Below are positions 9,305-19,692 of a stretch of 64,000 bases of DNA, one piece after another; positions within the stretch are counted from its first letter, which is position 1; every line of letters begins with the position of its first letter. Both the position numbers and the translations under genes were made by a program. The notes below the pieces were generated by a model. It was not told the DNA's origin. It did no database searches and saw nothing but the letters and a program-made list of their open reading frames with translations. Origin of the DNA: a virus. Location of the stretch: the IMG/VR virus record IMGVR_UViG_3300029286_003706, positions 14,011-78,010 of that record; one strand, 5' to 3'.

Positions 9305-12300
9305 TTATAATTGTTGATTTGTTTGATTAGTTTGATTTAAAATAGATTCACTATATTTTTGATTAAGTGTGTTCAATGTTACTGTTGATTCATCGAAACT
9401 TTTTGAACTGTTTGTTCTAATAAAAAAATTTCTATCCCACGGAGATTTAAAGATAAATCTATTATAATACGAATAACCATATTCATCAATCATGGGATAT
9501 ACTGATGTATCTTTATCTTGATTTATTTTTAATATACTTGAATTTTCATTAACTTTCGAAAACGTAAAATTATTAATCATACCAAAATCAGATATGGTTG
9601 TATCAAACTTAACATTATTATCCATAAATATTGAACTCGTATAATCGAATAAAATTCTATTATAATAATAACTAATTGTTATATAAACACAACGTATTTG
9701 TGGCATAATAAGTGTTACTTTTTCATTATTATATACTTCACATGTAATTGAAACACTTAAATTGGTATTTAAATCACCCGTACTCATCGATTCAAACCCC
9801 CATAAACCAGACCCATATGAAAATTCTTGAAATGTTTCCCCCCAATTAGTATCTAAATTTGCATAATTTGTTGAAGTTAAACCGGATTTTATAATAATAA
9901 TTTCATAATCTTTAACATAATTATCAGAATATAAATTTGCATTGAAATGTCTTCTGTTTATTGTTATTGTAATTCCACTTATAATTGCATCTATTGGTAT
10001 TGATCCATCAAAATTAAAATTACTAATTAAAAGATTATTTGTTGTTATTGGAATTGTTGGTGGAATATTTATTTGTGGGTTTTGTCTTTTATCACATAAT
10101 TTATCACAATTTGTCCATAAATAATTATAATTATAATCACCATTATTACATGTATTTGAAGAGAACTTTTCTGTTATTCCTGTGGTATATATTTCTCTTC
10201 TTGAATAATTTGTATAATAATATAATCCACCTCTAAAAAGATTTATATCATTAAATATTGGTTCATATGGACCGGAAAATCTAAAAATTTCATTTTTAGA
10301 TGGAATTAAATTTGTCGAAACACCAACAATAGATGAAATTTGTGGTTTATCATCTTGTAACGAATTAACAATTCTAGAGATTGGTTCGTTTAATGAATAT
10401 CCCATTATTGATTTTGTATCTGGTCCTTTGTATGGTTCTATTTTATAATTTTTCTGTGAATTTAGGTGAATAGAATCCGGATAATCGATATAAAGAAGAA
10501 ATGGTGAAAATGGTTTTTGCCAATTTGGTATATTTACCATTGTTGATTCTGTGGTATAGAAATTATTTGTCATACCAGTATATGTTTGATTATCATATTG
10601 TGTGATATAATAATAATTTATATATGGTTCATCTTGATATGTAGTATTATTAATTAATGTTATAAAATTATAAGCAGTTAGAAAAATCGAATTATAATTT
10701 GATATATAACTACCATCTTTTTTCAATCCATAATATAAACCGTTTTTTTCATCGTATTTATTTAAATCATTTAAATAAGCATCATTTTCATTATTACTTA
10801 CTACAAAATTAATTATTATTAAAATATTTTTCCATTTTTCATTTAAAATTATATTTATTCCGTTTCTATTTTCAATAATAATATCATTATTAACAATCCC
10901 ATTTGTTTTTATATTTGATGATGTTTCAGAATTATAATATTCGTTTAAAATTATACTAAATTTATAATCATTAAAATTTTTATTTGTATTATATAAAATT
11001 TTATAAATTTTATTATTAACAATATCAATATTATCAATTGATTTTATTGAAATTTTTAACCCTTTAAATAATGTTAAAGATAAATTAGAAACATCACCAA
11101 AATTAAATATAGAATATTTATCATAATTTTGATTATATAAAATTCCACCATCTAAAGAATTCATTTTGTTTTTAAAAAAGTAAGTGAAATAGTCGAAATC
11201 TGTATTAAAATATGAACCAATATCAAAACCCAAACCTTCCTGACTAAATATAAAATCACCATCAATATTAGTTGATTGAAATTTATAATATTGTTTATTT
11301 ATTGGGTTACTATTATAAAAATTTCCAATTCTATAAAAATAATCTAAGTTTTTTGATAAGACATCTGGATGTGTTAAAAACGGATCTATTGTTTTGTTAA
11401 ATGTTCCACCTACTGATAAACTATTATTTAATTTATAATCATAATCGGAATGACTTATAGAACCCATAAACCCCCATTTACAAATGGTTTGATTTTTTCT
11501 CCATATATCAGATAATTGTGTTTGATATCTATCACCAGTTTTATAAATTTTAGAATAATTATCAATTTGTGAATTTGGATTTTGAAATGGGTATTGTTTT
11601 ATTTCAAATAATTCATCATCAGCGATATATTCTGATGATACATTGCTTATTTTATATTGAAAACTTGTTCCATATTTTTCATTTTTATAATCACGTGGAA
11701 TAGAAGTGTCGGTGTAATCTATAGCATATAATTTTTCTTCCGGAGTATCAACATAATAAGTTTGTTCATAATCAAAATTTGAAAAATTACTATTAATTCT
11801 TTCAAAATCAAAATCTTTTATATCCGAAAATTTAATTTTATAAATGTTAAATTGTAATGGTTGGCTATCTTTTGATTCCGTTTTTAATGATCTATAAAAT
11901 TCCGAATTTTTCCCATTTATCCAATATTCTAAATTTTCTGAATTACTATTAATTCCCCAATCAGTCTGAATGTAATATTTATTGATTACTTCATTTTTAT
12001 TATTAAAATTAAAATCAGAATATGTTATTCCTGTTCCATTTTTTAAAACATGAAACATTCCATCAATTTCAATTAAATATAAATCACCATACATATAATT
12101 CATTGTTTGCGTTTGTCCGGAAATTGGGGAATTTTCATAATACCAATCAATTTGAAAATCAGTTGAATAATTTGTTAAAATATTAAAATTTTGATATTCT
12201 ATATTACAAGTTTTTATATTAACTCTTTGTGGGTGATATTTTAAACTGGTGATTCCAGATGGGTCACCAATTGGATCATCCCATATTTTATCCATAATAT

Positions 12301-13471
12301 CATCTGATATTATTTTAAAAACTTGAACACCATTTTGAATTACTTTTTTAACAGGATATAAACCAGATATTAATTTTTTCCTATAAAAATCATTTGTATT
12401 ATCTAAAAAAATATAATAATTTTTGGTATCATCCCAATTCTCAACAAATGGATTTATAGATGGATATTGCCATTGATACGAATCTGAATCATAAGAAGTT
12501 GTACCAGTTGAACCAGATACTATGATATTATTAATCAACCACAATCCGGATTTTATTTCTGGTGTAATATATGATGTTATACTACCAACAAAATCCATAG
12601 TTTCTGAATAAAATCCATAATATCTATTCATTGAATATTTTTTCAAATTGTTTGGTGTGGCTGGTGTATCATCAAATAAAAATTTCAAATTTAAAATATT
12701 TGGAAATATTAATTTGTTATTTTTATATCCTTCTGTTATAAGTTTTTCCATTCTAAAATGTAGTTGTTCAATGGATAATGTATCTTCTAAATAAAAATCT
12801 TTTTCAGTATAAATTCCAGAATCGTAATCCATACCATACCATTTTGAAAATTCAGTTTTCCTAACATCAAAATAAAATGGTACTGTTGGGAATCTAGAAT
12901 TTGATGTATAATTTTTATCTAAAAATTTACCAAAATTTGATTTAGTAGTTAAATCAAAAACTTTAATACATTTCCACTTATCTATAATTTCAGAATAAAA
13001 ATTATTTTTATTTAAAGTAGATAATTCAAAATTATTATTATTATCCAAATTATAGTTTGATGGATCGTCACATCTTAAAATTATAAAATTGGATGGTAAA
13101 GAAGTGTTTCTTATATATAACGGTGCAAAATATTCAAATTCTTCTTCATACCAAGTATCTTCAACTTTATTTGCACCAGATAAATAAGTTGTATCAAACT
13201 GATATGAATAATCACTATAAGTTGAACTTGCATCATTATCATATCTAACATAAAATGCCATATCCGATGGTAGTTTATCATAAAATTTTGGAATTTTATC
13301 TTCTAAATAATCGTTTTTATTTATTGAAAAATGCTTAAATTTATTACTACTTAAATCTGATGAACTATTAAAACTTTCTAAATATAATTTATCTAAACTA
13401 CTAACAACTAATTTTATATTTGTTGTTAGTAATGGATTTGTTCTTATCAATTGGAAACTTGTTCTTATCAT
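9305..13471 (-). CDS. Large probable virion structural protein (baseplate/tail-associated)
   Basis: 1388 aa, N/Y/S/T-rich with beta-strand character, last gene of a late-type operon; no motif-level identification. Confidence 0.5.
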   Translation of the reverse strand: MIRTSFQLIRTNPLLTTNIKLVVSSLDKLYLESFNSSSDLSSNKFKHFSINKNDYLEDKIPKFYDKLPSDMAFYVRYDNDASSTYSDYSYQFDTTYLSGANKVEDTWYEEEFEYFAPLYIRNTSLPSNFIILRCDDPSNYNLDNNNNFELSTLNKNNFYSEIIDKWKCIKVFDLTTKSNFGKFLDKNYTSNSRFPTVPFYFDVRKTEFSKWYGMDYDSGIYTEKDFYLEDTLSIEQLHFRMEKLITEGYKNNKLIFPNILNLKFLFDDTPATPNNLKKYSMNRYYGFYSETMDFVGSITSYITPEIKSGLWLINNIIVSGSTGTTSYDSDSYQWQYPSINPFVENWDDTKNYYIFLDNTNDFYRKKLISGLYPVKKVIQNGVQVFKIISDDIMDKIWDDPIGDPSGITSLKYHPQRVNIKTCNIEYQNFNILTNYSTDFQIDWYYENSPISGQTQTMNYMYGDLYLIEIDGMFHVLKNGTGITYSDFNFNNKNEVINKYYIQTDWGINSNSENLEYWINGKNSEFYRSLKTESKDSQPLQFNIYKIKFSDIKDFDFERINSNFSNFDYEQTYYVDTPEEKLYAIDYTDTSIPRDYKNEKYGTSFQYKISNVSSEYIADDELFEIKQYPFQNPNSQIDNYSKIYKTGDRYQTQLSDIWRKNQTICKWGFMGSISHSDYDYKLNNSLSVGGTFNKTIDPFLTHPDVLSKNLDYFYRIGNFYNSNPINKQYYKFQSTNIDGDFIFSQEGLGFDIGSYFNTDFDYFTYFFKNKMNSLDGGILYNQNYDKYSIFNFGDVSNLSLTLFKGLKISIKSIDNIDIVNNKIYKILYNTNKNFNDYKFSIILNEYYNSETSSNIKTNGIVNNDIIIENRNGINIILNEKWKNILIIINFVVSNNENDAYLNDLNKYDEKNGLYYGLKKDGSYISNYNSIFLTAYNFITLINNTTYQDEPYINYYYITQYDNQTYTGMTNNFYTTESTMVNIPNWQKPFSPFLLYIDYPDSIHLNSQKNYKIEPYKGPDTKSIMGYSLNEPISRIVNSLQDDKPQISSIVGVSTNLIPSKNEIFRFSGPYEPIFNDINLFRGGLYYYTNYSRREIYTTGITEKFSSNTCNNGDYNYNYLWTNCDKLCDKRQNPQINIPPTIPITTNNLLISNFNFDGSIPIDAIISGITITINRRHFNANLYSDNYVKDYEIIIIKSGLTSTNYANLDTNWGETFQEFSYGSGLWGFESMSTGDLNTNLSVSITCEVYNNEKVTLIMPQIRCVYITISYYYNRILFDYTSSIFMDNNVKFDTTISDFGMINNFTFSKVNENSSILKINQDKDTSVYPMIDEYGYSYYNRFIFKSPWDRNFFIRTNSSKSFDESTVTLNTLNQKYSESILNQTNQTNQQL

Positions 13472-13486
13472 TTATATAAAATTAAT

Positions 13487-14938
13487 TTATGCTGTACTAG
13501 TATTAGTTATATTATTTGTATTATTTGTATAATTTATTCCTTTGTAATAATTTCTATAATTGGAAATGTTAAAAATTAATAAAAATTGATAAATTTTACC
13601 ATCGTTGGATTCAAAATAAATTTTTATTTTTCTTGTTTTCTGTTGATGAATAACACTATTATCAACTATATATTCACTACCGTTTGCAGAACTACCATTA
13701 AGTTTAAACCACAATTTAGTACCTATAATAAAATTATTTTTTGGTCCTATTATTTTGGTTTTATCTTGACCAGTTTCTACAATATTTGTTAAATCTGAAA
13801 AATAAGGATGTAATGTAACCAATAAATTAGTAGATGACCCTGACCAAAAATTCAAATTATTTATATTTGCAATTGGTAAATATAATTGATTTGTAGAACC
13901 AGATGATCCCAAATTATATTCTTGTGTATTTAAAATATATGGTGCACTATTTGTTGTCATCCCACTACTTATATTTACACCAGCATCAATATCCATAAAC
14001 CAAATAAATTGATTATTTTGTTGAGGATATAAATCATCATTATAATCTACTAATAAAATTTGATTAAATGGATCATTATAAAATATATTTGTTCCACCAG
14101 ATGTATAATTTCTATTTGATAATAATCCCAAATTACCATTTTGTGCTATATTTGATAAAATAATTTTATAATCATCTATCATATATACACTATTAATATA
14201 TCTTCTAGTCCCACCAGTGGATGGAAGAACATAATCTTCACATTCTATTTTTATTTGTGTTGTTGTATTATTTATTATTTCTTTTATTAATGTATCATCT
14301 TTATATAAATATATATGAAGTTCACCTTGAATTTTATTTATAATTTCTTCAAGTGATTTAATTCTATCGGTTAATGATCCCAAATATTCAAATAAATTTA
14401 ATGTATTATTCATATCACCTTTATAACTAACAGCAATATTTTTATCTATATGTTTATACAATATGTTATTAACATAAAATTGATCGTCTATATGAGAATA
14501 TACACCTTTTGTATTTAGTGTCGAATCCATGTTTACGACACTTTGATCTAGTGCGGCCTCAGATATAATCAATCCGTTTTCACTTAATACATCATTAATA
14601 TTATCTGGAAAATCAATAATGGATATGTTACTCCATTCTGATTCTAATATGGAATCAGGCCAACCAACTTCGGAAATAGCAGAAATTCTAATTTCAACTC
14701 GTTCATTTTGTTGTATTGGTATATCTAATTGATTTATGTTTGGTGTATCAGCATCTTGAACATCTTCTACTTTCCAATACCAAACACCTGCCTTTTCATC
14801 CCAATATCTTTTACGTACATCACTCAAATAACTATTCCAATTAGAAAATTGTGCAGTTATAGTCTGATTTGTTGTACTTTCAGAAATTGTTGATACTTGA
14901 GTACTTTGAATAACTTGTTTATTTTTTTGTTGTGCCAT
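13487..14938 (-). CDS. Probable virion structural protein
   Basis: Fn3-like segment (VEIRISAISEVGWP...ESEWS), coiled coil, same operon. Confidence 0.5.
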   Translation of the reverse strand: MAQQKNKQVIQSTQVSTISESTTNQTITAQFSNWNSYLSDVRKRYWDEKAGVWYWKVEDVQDADTPNINQLDIPIQQNERVEIRISAISEVGWPDSILESEWSNISIIDFPDNINDVLSENGLIISEAALDQSVVNMDSTLNTKGVYSHIDDQFYVNNILYKHIDKNIAVSYKGDMNNTLNLFEYLGSLTDRIKSLEEIINKIQGELHIYLYKDDTLIKEIINNTTTQIKIECEDYVLPSTGGTRRYINSVYMIDDYKIILSNIAQNGNLGLLSNRNYTSGGTNIFYNDPFNQILLVDYNDDLYPQQNNQFIWFMDIDAGVNISSGMTTNSAPYILNTQEYNLGSSGSTNQLYLPIANINNLNFWSGSSTNLLVTLHPYFSDLTNIVETGQDKTKIIGPKNNFIIGTKLWFKLNGSSANGSEYIVDNSVIHQQKTRKIKIYFESNDGKIYQFLLIFNISNYRNYYKGINYTNNTNNITNTSTA

Positions 14939-14957
14939 ATTTTAATATTTTTTATTT

Positions 14958-16676
14958 TTAAACATTTGTTGTATTTGATATATTGGTGGTTGATGTTGTT
15001 GACGATGGTGTTAATTTATACCCCTCAGTTGGATTCGAATTACCATTTTTTGTTGTATAACGATATTGAATTCTAAATTGAACAATATGTTGGGGTGCTG
15101 TTTGATCGGATAAAATTGGATCTGGTATATTCCAAAATCCCCTAATTCTATATTTTGGTTCAATAGAATTTGTGACACTATTAACACTTGTTAATTGAGA
15201 AATTATAGTAGATAAGTTTTTTGTTTGTAAATCTAAATCCAATTTTAATTTATTCAATTCAGTATTAATGGATACTTTTTCAGCTTGTGATAAATTTCCA
15301 GAATTTAAATTTTTTAATCTATCTTGTATCGAATTTTGTATTTGAGATATTTTTGTTTTTACGGTATTTTTTTCAGAATGTAATTTTCTTATTAAATCTT
15401 GGTTTACACTGTCAGTTAAATGTTTATTTATTTGAACCACTTTAAAATTTTCTGATTGTAATACGGGGGAATTTGGTTTGGTTCCATATTTAGTTGGTAT
15501 TTTTTTTAATATTATATCTTTCAAAATTTCACCATAATCATAAACAGTATCAATATAATAATTTGCCAAATTTATATTATTATCAGTATCTAAAACCAAA
15601 TCATTCGCGAAAAATGACATCCCCTTTGACCACAAAGACCCGATAATATTATTATCTGTATTTATTGGTTTTACAAATAAAACATTAAATTCATCAAAAC
15701 CAACTGTTATTTGAACGGTTTTATTCTCTGCGATATTACTATAATATTTTAAAACATTAGTTCCTATGGTAATTGGGTCATAACCCTCTACTATTTCAAG
15801 TCTAACTTTATTATTAGAATAATCAGTATTAACTTCTGCAATTTTATATCTGGTAGAACTATTTAACGCATTTATAATAAGTTCATCACCAATCGATAAT
15901 GTTTTAATAGTTCCATCTTTTCCATAATATTTTAAATCGGTAAGATGATACCAAATTTTATTATTGATATCATCAACTTCTGTTTTTATAACTGAAAATG
16001 TACCATAATAATTTAATTCTTTAACCGCGAGACTAAATATTTGTTCATCATATGGTGAAACAACATTTGTTATTACTCCAATATTTAATGGATTTTCCAA
16101 CCAAGATATAAAATCATTGATATTAATATCATTTCTATTTAACCAATTTGTGACAAAATCATTATATGATATGGTTCCATTACTTGTTAGGGTTCCATCA
16201 TTATTTTTTTCAAATTCTAGAATATATCTACGGGATAATATTTTATTTACATCATGTGTGATTTTATCGGTTAAATCTATATTTACAGCCAACATAGGAT
16301 TCATCAAGGATTCAAAAAAACTATTATTTATTGTTGTGAAATTTGAAACTTTATTAATATCTTGGATTGGAACCGGCTCCCTGTTTAGATCACTAGTTAT
16401 TATTTTCTGAACACTTTGACCATTTGTAATGAATGTAGACCCATTAATTGATGACCAACGTTTCATGTTCTGATTTAAAACTTCAATTTGTGTTTTTAAA
16501 GAACCAACAGTGGGTAATGAGAAACTTTGTGTTGTTCCAAAATCATCATAATTAATTTTAACAGTAGATTGTTGTGATGATACCAAATCATTTATTTTTG
16601 TGAGTATTTCAACACAATTTTTGTTCAAAATTGTAACTTTTTCTGCCAATGATACGAATGAATTAACTTGATCCAT
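14958..16676 (-). CDS. Probable virion structural protein with coiled coil
   Basis: 572 aa; AATATATA motif upstream (16696-16703, minus strand). Confidence 0.5.
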   Translation of the reverse strand: MDQVNSFVSLAEKVTILNKNCVEILTKINDLVSSQQSTVKINYDDFGTTQSFSLPTVGSLKTQIEVLNQNMKRWSSINGSTFITNGQSVQKIITSDLNREPVPIQDINKVSNFTTINNSFFESLMNPMLAVNIDLTDKITHDVNKILSRRYILEFEKNNDGTLTSNGTISYNDFVTNWLNRNDININDFISWLENPLNIGVITNVVSPYDEQIFSLAVKELNYYGTFSVIKTEVDDINNKIWYHLTDLKYYGKDGTIKTLSIGDELIINALNSSTRYKIAEVNTDYSNNKVRLEIVEGYDPITIGTNVLKYYSNIAENKTVQITVGFDEFNVLFVKPINTDNNIIGSLWSKGMSFFANDLVLDTDNNINLANYYIDTVYDYGEILKDIILKKIPTKYGTKPNSPVLQSENFKVVQINKHLTDSVNQDLIRKLHSEKNTVKTKISQIQNSIQDRLKNLNSGNLSQAEKVSINTELNKLKLDLDLQTKNLSTIISQLTSVNSVTNSIEPKYRIRGFWNIPDPILSDQTAPQHIVQFRIQYRYTTKNGNSNPTEGYKLTPSSTTSTTNISNTTNV

Positions 16677-16760
16677 GTGATGGTATTTTTATTTTTATAT
16701 ATTAAAAACAGTAATACCTATTTTGAAAAAATAATATATAAATAAAAAACAAAAATAAAA

Positions 16761-17204
16761 ATGAAAAATCTAAAAACGTTTGAAAGTTTTAACGTTAAAA
16801 AACAAGAACAAAAAGGATTTACAAGTAATATAGAAAATGACACTTTGAAAAATGATAATTTTAGAAAAGTGTTATATACGAGTAAACATATGCAACTTGT
16901 ATTAATGAGTTTAAAACCCGGTGAAGATATTGGAAAAGAAACACATACTAATGTTGATCAATTTTTTAGATTTGAAGCTGGTAATGGTAAATGTATTGTT
17001 AATGAAAATGAATACTTAGTAAATAATGGTGATGTTTTAATAGTACCATGTGGTAGTACACATAATATAATAAATATCGGAAAATCAGATTTAAAAATAT
17101 ACACAATATATACACCACCTAATCATAAAGATGGAATAACATTCGGAACAAAATCCGAAGCATCTAATAGTAAAGAAAAATTTGATGGAATAACAACCGA
17201 ATGA
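16761..17204 (+). CDS. Cupin-domain protein with capsid-targeting-like leader
   Basis: PGEDIGKETH...DQFFRFEAG...GDVLIVPCGSTHNIIN; N-terminus MKNLKTFESFN. Confidence 0.85.
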   Translation: MKNLKTFESFNVKKQEQKGFTSNIENDTLKNDNFRKVLYTSKHMQLVLMSLKPGEDIGKETHTNVDQFFRFEAGNGKCIVNENEYLVNNGDVLIVPCGSTHNIINIGKSDLKIYTIYTPPNHKDGITFGTKSEASNSKEKFDGITTE

Positions 17205-18136
17205 TAACAAAATTTATTCAATACATAAAAGAAAATGATGATTACGATGAAAAACTTGTCAGAATAATGGCTTGGTTATTTATGTCATATGTATATGATA
17301 ATAATGATGGAATGAAAGAATCAAATTGGATTAATGATAACAGAATGGGAATATCTTTTAAATTGGCAATTAAATATTTATCTGAAAATGGTTTTGTTGA
17401 ATTTATAAATGATAAATGGAAAATAACAAAAAAAGGAATAGATGAATTATTTTCATTTTTTAAAATTCCCACAAATAGAGATGAATGGTTGAATTATGAT
17501 AATAGTTGGTTGAAAAAATATGATACTGTTCAATATCCAATTTCTAGGATTCCAACTGAAATATTTGAAAGAGAATTTGAAAAACACACATCAGAAAATA
17601 TTAAATATATACTTGAAAAAAGTGAATATTATGATATTGGTAAATGGTGGTATAAATATCAAAGAGGTACAATAGGTTGGTGGACAAAAATGAACAAATA
17701 TCTTGGTTTAAAAGGAGATTTAATGCCAGATGTTGATTCACTAATTTTATATAGGGGTATTAATTTAAAATGTGGTTCACCAGATAATGAAGAATATTTT
17801 AATAAAGAAATTTGTATTGGAATAAAAAATGGTGAAATTAAAAAAGGTGATAAAATAAAATGTAATAAATCCAGTTGGTCATTATCATCTAGTGTAGCTA
17901 AATCTTTCGCTAGTGGTAAAAAGGGTTTATCGGATCCAATATCAATGAAAGACACCGAAATCGGTATTGTTTTAAAAAATGAATTTAAATCTTCTGAAAT
18001 TTTATTAGATTCGGATTGGGTTAATAATCATAAATTTTTAAAAGATAAATCTGTATTTCCAAGTGAAATGGAGGTAATTATTCAACCAAAAACGAGATAT
18101 GTTGAAATAATTCATATTTTTGATAATAAAAATTAA
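17201..18136 (+). CDS. ADP-ribosyltransferase (R-S-E clade) with leader
   Basis: LYRG, SSWSLSSSVAKSFA, SEMEVII; N-terminus MITKFIQYIKE. Confidence 0.65.
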   Translation: MITKFIQYIKENDDYDEKLVRIMAWLFMSYVYDNNDGMKESNWINDNRMGISFKLAIKYLSENGFVEFINDKWKITKKGIDELFSFFKIPTNRDEWLNYDNSWLKKYDTVQYPISRIPTEIFEREFEKHTSENIKYILEKSEYYDIGKWWYKYQRGTIGWWTKMNKYLGLKGDLMPDVDSLILYRGINLKCGSPDNEEYFNKEICIGIKNGEIKKGDKIKCNKSSWSLSSSVAKSFASGKKGLSDPISMKDTEIGIVLKNEFKSSEILLDSDWVNNHKFLKDKSVFPSEMEVIIQPKTRYVEIIHIFDNKN

Positions 18137-18179
18137 CTAAATTAAATTTTGGACTTCCACTAATTAATATATATTTGTA

Positions 18180-18480
18180 GTGTTGTTCTTTGATATTTGG
18201 TTCCGGACTAAAAACTTAGTTCGGGTAAAATCAATAAAGTAAAAATAATTTTCGGAGCCTACCATAACAGGATGTGCCAACCGTATATAAATTATACTGA
18301 CCGATGGAATGTCGGTTGTTGAACGTGGAGGCCGGCTCTGTGGACGAACGTTTCATTTCGGTGAAACCTAAGAAGCATCTTGTCTGTGAAACGTTAAAAG
18401 AGACGAGTTGAAAGACCCAGAAACCACTATTTAGTGGTCATTCATAATGTTCATCTTTTACCAAAAAATCAAAAGAATAA
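18180..18480 (+). ncRNA. Candidate structured non-coding RNA (~300 nt), class unknown
   Basis: GC-enriched, no long ORF, complementary 5' and 3' ends, several hairpins including a UUCG loop, promoter motif at 18166-18177 and terminator at 18487-18512. Confidence 0.6.
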
Positions 18481-18486
18481 ATTATT

Positions 18487-18512
18487 AAAAAACCCCGAAT
18501 TCGGGGTTTTTT
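18487..18512. terminator. Bidirectional intrinsic terminator
   Basis: Perfect palindrome aaaaaaccccgaattcggggtttttt. Confidence 0.85.
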
Positions 18513-19692
18513 AGTTATTTTTCAAATGTTTTTCAAATATTTCTTTTACTTTATCACGATATTTAACAGGATATATTATTGAATCATGAACAGTAAAAAT
18601 TTTGATATCTTTAATTTGTTTATAAATATCATTTACGACCTTTCCAAATATAAAATCACTTTCCATTCGCATTAGAACGTGACTCAAATATCTATAATCA
18701 CCCTTTGTTTTTTTAATTTTTACAATGAAATCAAATATTTTTGGAAATAATTGTTGAAACATTTGACATTGAATTGATTTTATATTGTTATGTCCAAAAA
18801 GAACTTTATATGTTAATATTTTAACTAAACTTCTATTGTTTTTTTGATTGAAATAATTTGGAAAATGATAAATAATATATTCATAGAACATACCGTTTTC
18901 AACAAGTTCTGTAAAAAGTTTTAATTCTTTATCAGAAACATCCATTTCATACCTTAATAATCTGGAAAGAAAAAATGGTTGTGAATTCGGTAAATCTATT
19001 TCTTCAATTTCTTCATCGTCTATTTTGAGATAATTTTTTCGAATTTGTTTTTTAAGAACAGTAAAGTTTGTATGAAATCTACCATAACTATCAAAAATGA
19101 AATATAAATTTGAATTTTTGATATGATTTATTGAATAGAAATTTTTAAAATATTTTTCATTTGTAATTTCATCACTAGATTTTAAATCACTGATACATTG
19201 TAAAGATTTCTCACTATTTATAGATACATGCTTAAGATCATCAACCAATCTTTTTCTAATATTTATATCAATTGGACTATCACTATAAAGTATATTTCTA
19301 AGATAATCTTTACTAACTCTTTTATTAATAATATTATCATACACAGTAACTCTTCTGATTTTATCTATATCAAACCAATTGAGGACATATGTTCTGGATT
19401 TTTTACCAACACAATAATTAGATGTCATTTTCATAAAACCATTATCAACTAAAAAATCAATATAATACTTATAAAATTTACCATATCGACTTAATAATAT
19501 TTTACTAAATAAATTAAATTCATAATCATCAACATCATAATCATTTGCATTTAATTGAAATTTAATAATTATATCGTTAATAACATTTAACAAATTAGAT
19601 GTTTTTAACATTTTTCCATTATATTCGATAAATGGTGTTTTATTTAAAAAAATGAATTTTTCTGGACAAAAGAATTTCATTCCCTTTTTCAT
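18511..19692 (-). CDS. Minimal family-A/T7-like polymerase (TV-Pol-like) with a possible N-terminal winged helix
   Basis: YGRFHT, motif A EIDLPNSQP, motif B K...YKVLFG, L...ES, motif C TVHDSI; no exonuclease domain. Confidence 0.65.
   Translation of the reverse strand: MKKGMKFFCPEKFIFLNKTPFIEYNGKMLKTSNLLNVINDIIIKFQLNANDYDVDDYEFNLFSKILLSRYGKFYKYYIDFLVDNGFMKMTSNYCVGKKSRTYVLNWFDIDKIRRVTVYDNIINKRVSKDYLRNILYSDSPIDINIRKRLVDDLKHVSINSEKSLQCISDLKSSDEITNEKYFKNFYSINHIKNSNLYFIFDSYGRFHTNFTVLKKQIRKNYLKIDDEEIEEIDLPNSQPFFLSRLLRYEMDVSDKELKLFTELVENGMFYEYIIYHFPNYFNQKNNRSLVKILTYKVLFGHNNIKSIQCQMFQQLFPKIFDFIVKIKKTKGDYRYLSHVLMRMESDFIFGKVVNDIYKQIKDIKIFTVHDSIIYPVKYRDKVKEIFEKHLKNN

Noticed and set aside
18180-18480. 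tmRNA, RNase P RNA or tRNA identity for the structured region
   Set aside because: No GGGG...CCA acceptor-like ends, no T-loop GTTCGA and no GAGGAAAGTCC RNase P signature
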